Shown piece after piece: positions 52,928-63,101 of a DNA stretch of 64,000 nucleotides. The position numbers and the translations under genes were made by a program. Within the stretch, counting starts at the first letter, position 1; each line of letters begins with the position of its first letter. The stretch comes from Candidatus Atelocyanobacterium thalassae. Lineage in GTDB: Bacteria > Cyanobacteriota > Cyanobacteriia > Cyanobacteriales > Microcystaceae. The notes below the pieces were generated by a model. It was given only the letters and a program-made list of their open reading frames with translations, ran no database searches and was not told the DNA's origin. The DNA lies in NCBI GenBank assembly GCA_051971635.1, contig JBFPLN010000001.1, forward strand, positions 96,001 to 160,000, read 5' to 3'.

Positions 52928-54088
52928 ATGAGACAACTTAAAAAATGGTTAAAAAATAAACTTGTTAAAATTTTAGTACCAGAAATTGATCAGCAGTTAG
53001 GAATTAATCAAAAACTTGAAGAGATAGGGCTATATGGAACAGCACCATGGTATAGAGAAAATCTTTGGGAACCTACTGTACAACTAGTCTTAAGAGATTT
53101 ATGTCTTCCTGGAGATACAGTTTTCGACGTAGGAGCAAATTTTGCTGGTTTAACAACCATTATGTCTCGTATGGTCGGTCCTAAAGGAATAGTCTGTTCT
53201 TTTGAAGCTAGCCCTCGAATTGTAGATAAATGTCAAAGAAATATCATCAATAACGGATGCAGTAACACACAGCTATTTCATTCAGCTGTTTATTCAAAAT
53301 CCTATGAAAAAGTTCCTCTGTATTTAGGTAGCCACCTTAATGATAGCATTTACAAAGATTATTCTATTGGGGAGGCTGCTTATGAAATTCCTACCATTGC
53401 TTTAGATGATTTTGTTGAACATACCAAATTAACACCCAATCTTGTTAAGATGGATATTGAAGGGGCAGAATTTGATGCAATACAAGGAATGGAAAAAACC
53501 ATTAGATCTGCCAAGCCTCATTTAATTTTAGAAACTCAAGCTGAAGATAGCCGATGCTTAGATTTCCTATCTGCACTTGGTTATATTTCAATTGATTTAA
53601 ATACTTACAAGATCATTAAAACTCCTGAAGATTATCCATCAGGTGTAGGAATAAGAAATAATTTATACATCCATCAAGATAGGCTATCAGAAACTCCTTA
53701 CAATCCACCTTTTAACTTTAAAACAATTACTACTTTAGAATCTAATCATTTCAAAAAAGGAAAAGATGGTTCTATAAATCTTCAAACGCCATTAAGTCTT
53801 AGTAAAGGTAGATATTTAATTGACGTGATGTTTACTGCTGAAGGAACTGATAATGATTTAACTTGTGGGGTTAATATAGCTGGAAAGTCAATCTTCCGTT
53901 ATCATGCATATAGTAGCTTGCTTGCGTCTCACTATCGTGATTGGGTAATTCATATCTCCAGTGATTCAGACATTGATTTATACTTTAATTTTCTTAATCA
54001 AACATTTGATGGTACCTTATCAATCCAGGGAGCTACAATAACGGAAATTTTAGACTTTAAAAATACATCTACTAATCTATACATATAA
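52928..54088 (+). CDS. FkbM-family SAM methyltransferase with C-terminal beta-rich domain (start 52928 or TTG 52913)
   Basis: VFDVGANFAG, SFEASP, LDDF, LVKMDIEGAE. Confidence 0.88.
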   Translation: MRQLKKWLKNKLVKILVPEIDQQLGINQKLEEIGLYGTAPWYRENLWEPTVQLVLRDLCLPGDTVFDVGANFAGLTTIMSRMVGPKGIVCSFEASPRIVDKCQRNIINNGCSNTQLFHSAVYSKSYEKVPLYLGSHLNDSIYKDYSIGEAAYEIPTIALDDFVEHTKLTPNLVKMDIEGAEFDAIQGMEKTIRSAKPHLILETQAEDSRCLDFLSALGYISIDLNTYKIIKTPEDYPSGVGIRNNLYIHQDRLSETPYNPPFNFKTITTLESNHFKKGKDGSINLQTPLSLSKGRYLIDVMFTAEGTDNDLTCGVNIAGKSIFRYHAYSSLLASHYRDWVIHISSDSDIDLYFNFLNQTFDGTLSIQGATITEILDFKNTSTNLYI

Positions 54089-54115
54089 AATTTTCCAAAA
54101 AATTACTATAATACT

Positions 54116-55903
54116 ATGTTAACTCCACTTATTGGTTTTTTTATTGGTTTAATATTATTAGAATTATGTTTTGGGATGTATACAAGTCGGATCGTTTCAT
54201 CCTTTTTTTTTAATATTTATCAGGTAAAAAACAATTTTTTCTGTATTTTAGGATTAGTTTTAATTTCTATTGCTTTAATAATTGGAATGGCAGGCTATTT
54301 AAGCTACATCACTGCTTATCAATTAAAAACTATAAGAATACTACTAAGTATAATAGGACTTCTATTTCTGATTTTTGGTTTTCTTCAAAGTTTTAACATA
54401 ATTAAAAACTTTAAGAAATACTTGAATCCTTTTTCTTATTTAATTTCAACTAAATTAATTTTAAGCTTTCTTTCTCTAGGAATATTATTTTCCATTTTTT
54501 TAATTAGTTTTTTTGATTCTAATTATGGTGGTGATGCTTTTATGTATCATTTACCATTTGCAGCAAGGATTTGGAATATTATTACTCCTGAAGAATATAG
54601 TTTTGAATACTATACTGAACACCGTTTTCTAGGATTTCCACTGTTTGCAAATTGGTTACAAGGTTTTTTTTGGAAGCTTTTCCAAAAACCTGAAGCAACT
54701 AACTTAGTGAGCTATCTTAGCTTGTTAACCATGATTTCATATCTTAAATTGTATTTAAGAATTCCTTTTTATATGGCTTCTTTATCTCTTTTAGCCATAC
54801 CTATGGTTCATATGCATGCGGCAAGAAGTTATATAGATCTACCTGGAAATGTTTTTGTTTCAATTCTTATCTTAACTACTTATTCTTTATATATTAAGAG
54901 AACTTCTTTGGATACAAAAACTCTCTTAATCATTTTTGCTTCGTCAACTATAGCGGCTAATACAAAATTTCAATTAATTCCTGTTGTTTTCATAGTTTTA
55001 TGCTTTGTCCTTTTTAAAATAATGGTAGCTCTACTAAAAAACAAAAACAATATTAACAACCTACTTAAAAGTTTATTAATATGTTTTTTAGCGAACTTAA
55101 TCATTTTTTTCACACCTATCAAAAATACAGTTATATACTCTAATCCTTTCTATCCAGTACAAATAAAAGCTGCAGGATTTGTTTTAAACAATAAAGAAAC
55201 ACCTCCTGATTTTATGCATGAAAATATTAGGAAACTCTCGCCTTATTTAAGATGGGGAAGATCAGTTCTAGAGATTGATGTTTTTGATGATCGTAGGCCT
55301 TGGCCTTGGACGTTAGGGATGGACTTCATATCTTGGGATGAAGAAAAATTTGGTCTAGGAGGATATTTTGGAAATTATGTAATTTGTAATTTTTTGTTAT
55401 TTATATATTTATGTTGGCTAAATTACAATTTAGAGTCAAAGGTGGCTCTATCTACTATTAGCTTAATGACTATAATTACTCCTCTTTTTCCTCAATCATA
55501 TGAACTGAGATACTATATGTACTGGATGATAGTACTGGTAAGCTTAAATTCTTTTTTAACTTGTCAGCTAGTCCAAAAATCACCTCAAAAAATTATTAAT
55601 CCCAAAAATATTACTCTGGTTGCTACAGTTTTTCTGATAACTTTTATAGTTAAAACTAAATTTTTTTTTACTATCCCTGAATTTGCATCTTTTGATAAAC
55701 AGATTATAAGAGAAGATATTGTTGATCAGAATATAATACGTGATATTAATGATGGAGATAATGTTTGTATTATTAATAAAGCACCACACACTTTTTTATA
55801 TAGTTCTCATTTTCATTCACCTAATAAATACTCTGTAAAAGCCGAGTTTAATATAGATTTAAATGAAGAAGAGTGTAACGGTAGAAAGATCTTAAAAAAT
55901 TAA
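54116..55903 (+). CDS. Polytopic membrane protein, GT-C-like
   Basis: Many TM helices; GDAFMYHLP loop, YIDL, ANTK, NPFYP, ELRY motifs. Confidence 0.65.
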   Translation: MLTPLIGFFIGLILLELCFGMYTSRIVSSFFFNIYQVKNNFFCILGLVLISIALIIGMAGYLSYITAYQLKTIRILLSIIGLLFLIFGFLQSFNIIKNFKKYLNPFSYLISTKLILSFLSLGILFSIFLISFFDSNYGGDAFMYHLPFAARIWNIITPEEYSFEYYTEHRFLGFPLFANWLQGFFWKLFQKPEATNLVSYLSLLTMISYLKLYLRIPFYMASLSLLAIPMVHMHAARSYIDLPGNVFVSILILTTYSLYIKRTSLDTKTLLIIFASSTIAANTKFQLIPVVFIVLCFVLFKIMVALLKNKNNINNLLKSLLICFLANLIIFFTPIKNTVIYSNPFYPVQIKAAGFVLNNKETPPDFMHENIRKLSPYLRWGRSVLEIDVFDDRRPWPWTLGMDFISWDEEKFGLGGYFGNYVICNFLLFIYLCWLNYNLESKVALSTISLMTIITPLFPQSYELRYYMYWMIVLVSLNSFLTCQLVQKSPQKIINPKNITLVATVFLITFIVKTKFFFTIPEFASFDKQIIREDIVDQNIIRDINDGDNVCIINKAPHTFLYSSHFHSPNKYSVKAEFNIDLNEEECNGRKILKN

Positions 55904-55941
55904 CACAATAATATTTAAAGTTTGAAATACTAGTTTTTCTG

Positions 55942-57501
55942 ATGCTAAAAATTAAGCAATACTCTAAGGTCTACCTTACTATTACTCTTGTTTTTGCTTT
56001 TATATTAAGAATAATATACTTAGATGATATTCCAAATGGCTTTTTTACAGATGAAGCATCTAATGCATATGATGCTTATTCAATTGTTCATACCTTGAAA
56101 GATCAATATGGAAATTTTTTACCATGGTACTTTAAATCAGCCAATGATTATCGTGAAGGGTTGTATATGTATCTCATGTTTCCTTTTATTAAATTTTTTG
56201 GTTTAAATCCATTTGGTGCAAGAATTATTTCATCTTTAACTGGTACACTTACAGTTTTAGTTACTTACTATTTATCTAAAGAAATTTTCAACAAGCAAGT
56301 TGGGTTATTATCTTCTCTTTTTTTAGCAATAATCCCTTGGCATATCCATTTTAGTCGTATAACTTTTCGAGCAATTTTAGTTCCATTATTATTTTCTTTA
56401 GGTTTATTATTTTTTATAAAAAGTTTTAAACATCCTAAATATTTAACAATATCTAGTTTTGTATTTGCTGTAAGTATTTATACTTATAATTCTGCAAGAT
56501 TATTTATACCATTATTTTTAACAGGACTAGTACTCATATACTGGAAACATCTCTGGAAAAATAAAAATTTAACAATTATATCTTTTATAATTTTCTTCAT
56601 AATATTTTTTCCTCAACTTATTTACCAATTATCTCCTGAAGGTATGGCCAGGGCCAATACAGTAGGAATTAAAACAGATATAAGTATAATATTTCACAAT
56701 TACTTCTCTTACTTTAATCCTAAATTTCTATTTTTTGAAGGTGATCCAAGCCCGCGTCATACAATCAATAAAATGGCTGGATTGTTTATATTTCAATTAC
56801 CTCTGTTAATAATAGGTATCATAAGTCTGCTTAGGGAAGTTAATCCCTATAGATTACTTATTTTGCTTTGGTTGGTATTATATCCAATACCTGCCGCTTT
56901 TATTTCAGCAGATAGTGCTGTAAGAACATTAGTAGTTACACCTCTTTTCTCAATTATTTCAGCTTATACAGTCTTTAAAACAATTAATATTTTTAGTAAA
57001 AAATATCAATATATGGTTACCTGTTTAATCATTTTCATGATTGTTTCTAATATAGTAATTTTTTGTAAACGTTACTTTATTGAATACCCAACTTGGCATA
57101 CTGATGTTTGGCTATCTACGCTAGGAGAGACAATAACCTATGCTAACGAAACTCCTTATAAATGTATTATTTATAGTAGTAACGCCTATGGAAACTATGC
57201 ATACATATTAATTCCATTTTTTACACAAATAGCTCCTAATCAATATCATAAGTTTAATGTGGATGTTTCTACAAATCGTTTAGATATGGGTAAGTGGAAT
57301 ATAAAAGAATTAAAGACTTCTAAAGATTTAGATACTAGTTGTCTTTATCTTTTAAGTGGTGATCCAAGTGCCAATAATCCTAAAGGACAAGATGGACAAA
57401 CACTAAAAGCTAAAGGCTATGAAGAAAAATTTGTTTACTCCATAAAAGATATTAAAAATCGTGAATTTTTCCGCCTAGTGGAAATTCAAAAGTCTTTATG
57501 A
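55942..57501 (+). CDS. ArnT/PMT-like (GT39/GT83) membrane glycosyltransferase
   Basis: LRIIYL..IPNGFFTDEA..AYDAYSI..TLKDQYG, ARI.S...G.L, PWHIHFSR, TYNSAR. Confidence 0.85.
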   Translation: MLKIKQYSKVYLTITLVFAFILRIIYLDDIPNGFFTDEASNAYDAYSIVHTLKDQYGNFLPWYFKSANDYREGLYMYLMFPFIKFFGLNPFGARIISSLTGTLTVLVTYYLSKEIFNKQVGLLSSLFLAIIPWHIHFSRITFRAILVPLLFSLGLLFFIKSFKHPKYLTISSFVFAVSIYTYNSARLFIPLFLTGLVLIYWKHLWKNKNLTIISFIIFFIIFFPQLIYQLSPEGMARANTVGIKTDISIIFHNYFSYFNPKFLFFEGDPSPRHTINKMAGLFIFQLPLLIIGIISLLREVNPYRLLILLWLVLYPIPAAFISADSAVRTLVVTPLFSIISAYTVFKTINIFSKKYQYMVTCLIIFMIVSNIVIFCKRYFIEYPTWHTDVWLSTLGETITYANETPYKCIIYSSNAYGNYAYILIPFFTQIAPNQYHKFNVDVSTNRLDMGKWNIKELKTSKDLDTSCLYLLSGDPSANNPKGQDGQTLKAKGYEEKFVYSIKDIKNREFFRLVEIQKSL

Positions 57502-57716
57502 ACTGAAAATCACAGGATAGATCATTAATTCAACATCAGAAAGAGGATAAATAAAGGAATAACATAAAGAGATGCTTAATCAATATAGGTTTATATTTTA
57601 AAATTATGTTTTTTATTTAAAATGAAGATATTATTTAATTCTTAAAAAAAGGAACAACTAAGCTAAAGTCTATTTAAATATTATAAAATTGTTAAAAATA
57701 AAGACTATGGTTAATA

Positions 57717-58661
57717 ATGGCCAGTAACGTTAATTCTATTTCGTTTTCGAAAATTCCAATCACACCTAAAGGATTTAAATCGGGATTCATAGGAATCATT
57801 GGTCGTCCTAATGTTGGCAAGTCAACTATTATGAATCAGCTAATAGGACAAAAGATAGTAATTACTTCCAATGTTTCTCAAACTACTCGTAATCGTCTTA
57901 AAGGAATTTTAACTACTGATACAGCACAGATGATTTTTGTTGATACTCCAGGGATTCACAAACCTCACCATAATCTTGGCAAGATTATTGTTAAGAATGC
58001 AAAAATTACAATTAATTCTGTAGATGTCATTCTGTTAGTTGTCGACAGTTCTACTTTATCTGGAGGAGGCGACCGCTATATTATTGATTTATTAAAAAAT
58101 ATAAATAAGCCAGTAATAGTAGGTCTTAACAAAAGTGATAAGCAAACTTTTGATCATGAAAATCTAGATGAAAGTTATCTAAGTTTAATAAGGACATATG
58201 AATGGCCAATCGTTAAGTTTTCGGCTCTTACAAAAAAAGGGTTAGATAATTTGCAGAATTTATTAATTGAAAATTTAGATTGTGGACCCTATTACTATCA
58301 TCCTAATTTAGTTACTGATCAGCCAGAAAAATTCATTATCCAAGAATTAATTAGAGAGCAAGTTTTAAATTTAACTAAACAAGAAATTCCTCATTCTGTA
58401 GCTATAGTCATTGAAAAAATAGAGGAAACATCTACTTTAACTAAAATTTTTGCTGCTATTAATGTAGAAAGAAACTCCCAAAAAGGTATTATCATAGGCA
58501 ATAAAGGTAATATGCTTAAGTCAATTGGTTCTCAATCGCGAATACAAATTCAGAAGCTTATCGCTGGAGAAGTGTACTTAAAATTATTTGTTAAGGTTGA
58601 ACCTAACTGGAGATTTTCTAATACACATTTAGCAGACTTTGGATATGGTTATGAAGAATAA
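57717..58661 (+). CDS. era: GTPase Era
   Basis: GFIGIIGRPNVGKST, QTTR, DTPG, NKSD, KH domain IIIG..G. Confidence 0.96.
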   Translation: MASNVNSISFSKIPITPKGFKSGFIGIIGRPNVGKSTIMNQLIGQKIVITSNVSQTTRNRLKGILTTDTAQMIFVDTPGIHKPHHNLGKIIVKNAKITINSVDVILLVVDSSTLSGGGDRYIIDLLKNINKPVIVGLNKSDKQTFDHENLDESYLSLIRTYEWPIVKFSALTKKGLDNLQNLLIENLDCGPYYYHPNLVTDQPEKFIIQELIREQVLNLTKQEIPHSVAIVIEKIEETSTLTKIFAAINVERNSQKGIIIGNKGNMLKSIGSQSRIQIQKLIAGEVYLKLFVKVEPNWRFSNTHLADFGYGYEE

Positions 58662-58731
58662 AAAATAAAGAAATTTATATATGAAGTTAGCAACTTTTTA
58701 GTCTAGAAAATTTTTTGACAGAACTGATTTG

Positions 58732-58809
58732 TTTCTTAAAAGATTTATGATTATAAGATAATCATAAATCTTTTAAGAAAAATAGGGATGTTATATTAAC
58801 ATCCCTATT
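58732..58809. terminator. Two adjacent perfect hairpins (23 bp and 13 bp) between convergent genes
   Basis: TTTCTTAAAAGATTTATGATTAT-AAG-ATAATCATAAATCTTTTAAGAAA, then AATAGGGATGTTA-TAT-TAACATCCCTATT. Confidence 0.75.
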
Positions 58810-58873
58810 ATGAAATCAATTTTATATTTTTTCGGAAAAATCACACAAAATAATAACTATAGCTAACTCCAAT

Positions 58874-61312
58874 TTAGAGATTAACTGTAGTTTTAAATTG
58901 TCCAAAGATTTTGCAGAATTCATCATAACTTAACTCATAGTCACCACTAGTATCTGCTATCTTAAGCATTTGCTCAATTTGACTATCTGATAGTCCTGTA
59001 TCAATATCTCTTAAGCATAATCTTAGCTCTTCAAGACTGATATTTCCTGAGCCATCCATATCGAAGAAGCGAAAGCGTTGTAACATTGCTTCTTCTTGTG
59101 TATTAGTTAAACTACAATGCATAAGACTAGTAAATTCAGCAAAAGTAAGATCTTCACTCCCCCGGCGACCAGTCATCATATCCATAACTTCTTGAAGTCT
59201 TTCAGAAGAATAAGAACGACCAACTGCTCTTAATAAAGCATGCAATTCAGCCATTGACAGGGTATTATTCCCATCTTTGTCAAATTTTTTGAATGCTTGT
59301 TGATAAAATACCATTTGTGTTTCATCAATTGGACCAACATTGCAGGCAACTCCTTCTTTTCCTTGTGCAATAGCATCTATATGCTCAATTGCGCTAAGAG
59401 TGTATGCCATCGTTTTCCATAAATGATGTGGATTTGAATTAGTTAAGATATCTTGCTCTTCCTCAGGTGTGATAGAATACTCTTCCCGTATATCTTCAAC
59501 CATTTTCAACTCTTTAGCTGATAGTTTTGAAAGAACGTTGTTAAATGATTCAAATCCCTTTTTGCCAATCATTATGTCATAAAGACTTAAAATAATTGCC
59601 TGGTGGGGATGATCTTTAGATGCTTCAACAATAGTATCGAAAAGTGATTGACGATAACTTTCTTGTCTTAACCAATCTTCACGGTTCTTATCATCTCGTA
59701 CTTCATGAATACTAGGATTTTCAACTTCAATTTCTGTTAACACTAAATCATGTTCTTTATCAGAAATATTAAGCTCTAATCGAACCTGTTCAAACATTCC
59801 GAGACTGGTCGCAGCATTAACATAACCCTCTGCTAATGTTTCCCTAACTATTCCTTTATAAGCTTGTAATCTTTTCTCTTTATCAAATCCAGGAAGTATT
59901 TTGGCAAGAACATACACTTCATCAGCATGAAGATCGTCTAGTGATCTTCCTTCTAAGAATTGAGAAACATCAAGCTTTAATTTTCCTAACTGTTTACGGA
60001 GACGACCAGCCAAGCTTTCTCTTTGATATAGATATGGGTTTCTAGGCCAAGTTCTATATAACCATAAAGAACTAACAATCGCCATTATTACAGGGAAAAG
60101 ATACTCTAGTGAGGAAGGTAACAATCTAACTGCAGTACGGCCACCAAAAACAAAGAAGAAGTTGTAAATTATAAATGTTCCTAATGCAAACATTCTATGA
60201 CGAACAATTTCATTATTTACTAACTTATGATGACGGAATAAATATGCTTTATAACGTTTTTCAATAAAACGACCCAACCAATAGGCTGCTAAACCAAATA
60301 TGGCAAGAACTAAAGGAGCCGCAACTAATTTAGGAATAGGAATAGGGGTATTGAAAATATATAAACCTGGTCTAAATAAATCAGCTACCTGGTCTTCATG
60401 AGTATAAACACCAGCGAAATAATATTCCCAATTACCTGCAAAAAGATAAAAATAAACGAAGAAACCAACAGTTAATCCAAAGTACCCATAATGGAGCCAT
60501 TGCTGTTCAGGTTTTGTTATATTTTCCCAATATGTACGTTCTGCATCAATATCTATACAGGGAGTTTTACAAGCTACACAAGAGCTAGTTTCTACACCTT
60601 CTGCATTAGTAGTACGACACATAGACTGTGTAATTAATTTCCGTTCTCCCTCTCCTTCATGGGCAGTACTATTAAGAAGTCCTCTAGGTTCTGCAAAAAT
60701 TTTCTGTACAGGAGACATAGGACAAAAATACTGACACCAAGATTTTCCTCCAAATAGGAATCCTACTGATATCGCAGATAAAATGGTTGCTACCAAGAAA
60801 AGTCCTAATAGAAGACGATCTGAATTAACAAATAAGAGACGAAGAGTAATTCCTATATAGAATAATAGTAATTGCAAATACAAGTGATTTCGACCTAGCC
60901 AAGATTTTTTATCAACTCTAGCTACTTCAACACGAGTTTTGCCTGTTATAACATCTACTCGTCTACGATGTCTCTGCCATCCCAAAGCACGAGGAATTTG
61001 AGATAAAAAAGATAAAGGACAAATTCGTCTCCATAATTCATGTCCGCCTACTAATAAAGCAACTATGCCTGTTGGAACAATCCAGCCCCAAAACAAAGCG
61101 GCTCCCATTGCATAAGGTTCTTCTTCTATGCAGTTTCCTTGAAGTTTGACACATACCGTATAGTCAAGAGCGAAAGGACTCCATGTATTTTCTGGCTGTG
61201 TAAACCAAGGAGAAACTGGGTCCCAAAATAAAGAAAGAATGAGAACTAGCCAGCCAATAGCTAATACCCATCGCACATAGTGCATTTGTCGTTCAGGAAT
61301 TCTCGCAAACAT
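58874..61312 (-). CDS. Polytopic membrane 4Fe-4S protein (NapH/NosR-like Cys motifs) with C-terminal calmodulin-like EF-hand domain
   Basis: WRRICPL, WCQYFCPM, CRT...CVACKTPCIDID; EF loops DKDGNNTLSMAE, DMDGSGNISLEE, DTSGDYELSYDE. Confidence 0.88.
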   Translation of the reverse strand: MFARIPERQMHYVRWVLAIGWLVLILSLFWDPVSPWFTQPENTWSPFALDYTVCVKLQGNCIEEEPYAMGAALFWGWIVPTGIVALLVGGHELWRRICPLSFLSQIPRALGWQRHRRRVDVITGKTRVEVARVDKKSWLGRNHLYLQLLLFYIGITLRLLFVNSDRLLLGLFLVATILSAISVGFLFGGKSWCQYFCPMSPVQKIFAEPRGLLNSTAHEGEGERKLITQSMCRTTNAEGVETSSCVACKTPCIDIDAERTYWENITKPEQQWLHYGYFGLTVGFFVYFYLFAGNWEYYFAGVYTHEDQVADLFRPGLYIFNTPIPIPKLVAAPLVLAIFGLAAYWLGRFIEKRYKAYLFRHHKLVNNEIVRHRMFALGTFIIYNFFFVFGGRTAVRLLPSSLEYLFPVIMAIVSSLWLYRTWPRNPYLYQRESLAGRLRKQLGKLKLDVSQFLEGRSLDDLHADEVYVLAKILPGFDKEKRLQAYKGIVRETLAEGYVNAATSLGMFEQVRLELNISDKEHDLVLTEIEVENPSIHEVRDDKNREDWLRQESYRQSLFDTIVEASKDHPHQAIILSLYDIMIGKKGFESFNNVLSKLSAKELKMVEDIREEYSITPEEEQDILTNSNPHHLWKTMAYTLSAIEHIDAIAQGKEGVACNVGPIDETQMVFYQQAFKKFDKDGNNTLSMAELHALLRAVGRSYSSERLQEVMDMMTGRRGSEDLTFAEFTSLMHCSLTNTQEEAMLQRFRFFDMDGSGNISLEELRLCLRDIDTGLSDSQIEQMLKIADTSGDYELSYDEFCKIFGQFKTTVNL

Positions 61313-61864
61313 AAGCTGTGTTTTCCAACTCTATAGAGATAAAAAAGATTTCTCCAGGCTGATTTCACACTGGATAGTAAATAGACTACACATTTTTATT
61401 ATCCCTGATTTTACCCAGTTTTGGTAGAACTTTTTTATCTACTAGAATAGATTTCTCATATACTAGAATCATATTAAGAAACTAATTTAGATAAAAACTC
61501 TATAAATAAATGCAATTAGTGTAGATAAAAATGATAATAATTTATCTAAAAAATGAAATTATGATCATTTTCGTACAAAAGATTCTTTTGAATCAATTTA
61601 ATAATGTTTTAGATAAAATAATTTCATTTTTTAGTAGTAACAAATTTTCTTAAGTAATAAAATCTTGTAGAAAAAATACCCTTTTTCAAAATCTTCTTAT
61701 TGTTCATTTTTCAAAATGTCATGAATCTATAAGTTAATCTTAGTAAATTTTACATTAAACTTTTTTATATACAATAATAAATTGATCTTCTACTTTAGTT
61801 GTTGTGAAAGATTAATTTTTCACAACATAAAATGTCTGAAAATTTACTAATGACAAGTAGAGTA

Positions 61865-61937
61865 CGGGTGTGACAGGACTCGAACCTGTAGCCGACAGCT
61901 TAGAAGGCTGTTGCTCTATCCATTGAGCTACACACCC
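61865..61937 (-). tRNA. trnR: tRNA-Arg (TCT)
   Basis: Reverse complement GGGTGTGTAGCTCAATGGATAGAGCAACAGCCTTCTAAGCTGTCGGCTACAGGTTCGAGTCCTGTCACACCCG. Confidence 0.96.
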
Positions 61938-61976
61938 ACGGAATATATTGTAACGTTTTTTTAGATAAATAACATA

Positions 61977-62654
61977 TTAAAATTCAAATTCATTCAATCT
62001 TCTGCGTAACATGCTTGGAAACTTAGCATAATACTGCTTATTAAGTGGTGAAGGATGAGGCAAAGGTAATAGATGAACTTCCTTCTCATAATGTCTCCCT
62101 TGAAAGTCTATCGCTTTTAAAATTACGGTGAGCTTAGACTCATATCGATCACGACGCTGCCAGAATTCTTCAATTTTCCCAACTGTACAATAGGGAGAAA
62201 ACCATTTAAAGGCTTCTGTTCCTAGGGTGATAATCTGATTTCCTTGCCAATAGACTACTAATAACTGTTCAATAAATGGTCTAAACCTTTCTTTCACCTT
62301 ATGTGAATATGCCTTATTCCCTGGAGGTTTATAAGGAACTGTATTAGTTAAAAGAGCACGCCTACAAATTGACTGAATATCATCTTTTGTAGTAATTTCC
62401 TGAGAATATAGCGCTCGATGAAATTCTCTACGAACTAACATACCTGAAGCACCTATCAAAGGTTGTCCTTGCGCAACTTCATCTCTACCCAAGTCTCGGC
62501 CGAAGAAACAAATTTGAGTATTAAACTTTCCAGCCCAAAGTATAGCTTCTGTAGGAATTTTCCCTGCAGATTTGTACACAGAAACGTCAATAGGGAATTC
62601 TTCTTTTTTTGCTTCTTCGCAAATTTTTTCTAAAAGAATTCTAGAATCATTCAT
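61977..62654 (-). CDS. Uracil-DNA glycosylase superfamily protein
   Basis: FFGRDLGRDE..GQPLIG.SG, LTNTVPYKPPGNK, ITLG, LPHPSPLN. Confidence 0.85.
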   Translation of the reverse strand: MNDSRILLEKICEEAKKEEFPIDVSVYKSAGKIPTEAILWAGKFNTQICFFGRDLGRDEVAQGQPLIGASGMLVRREFHRALYSQEITTKDDIQSICRRALLTNTVPYKPPGNKAYSHKVKERFRPFIEQLLVVYWQGNQIITLGTEAFKWFSPYCTVGKIEEFWQRRDRYESKLTVILKAIDFQGRHYEKEVHLLPLPHPSPLNKQYYAKFPSMLRRRLNEFEF

Positions 62655-62856
62655 TTGATAAAAATTAAGGAATGTTTCTATTGCTTATATTTTAATTGCT
62701 TAAAGAGTATTTACATACATGGCAATTAATTTGATCTAGATAGTGTCTATTTAGTTTAATAGGCACTATCATACGTTAACATATAATAGTAAAAACATTA
62801 AATAAAATTCTTATTTAATTTACTATTAAAAGCATAAATAAAAAAATTATTATTAT

Positions 62857-63051
62857 ATGAATAACAAGTTAGGCTTTATTTGTAAAATTACAATTTTTTC
62901 ATTTCTATTTTCGTTTGGTATAAAACGCTTAGCTCCTCTATATCCTATTGAACCTAGTCAAACTAATATTTTAATAGGTGTCACAATCCTTCCGCTAACA
63001 ATTTTCTTCTTATTGGTATGGAAGTATAGAATCCAACCTTCCAAATTTTAA
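62857..63051 (+). CDS. Small two-TM hypothetical protein
   Basis: GFI.KI...S..FS.GIK...P; two hydrophobic segments. Confidence 0.55.
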   Translation: MNNKLGFICKITIFSFLFSFGIKRLAPLYPIEPSQTNILIGVTILPLTIFFLLVWKYRIQPSKF

Positions 63052-63101
63052 ATTAAATAATTATTTTATTTCTATCTTAAATATCAAAATTGTAATTAAT
63101 A

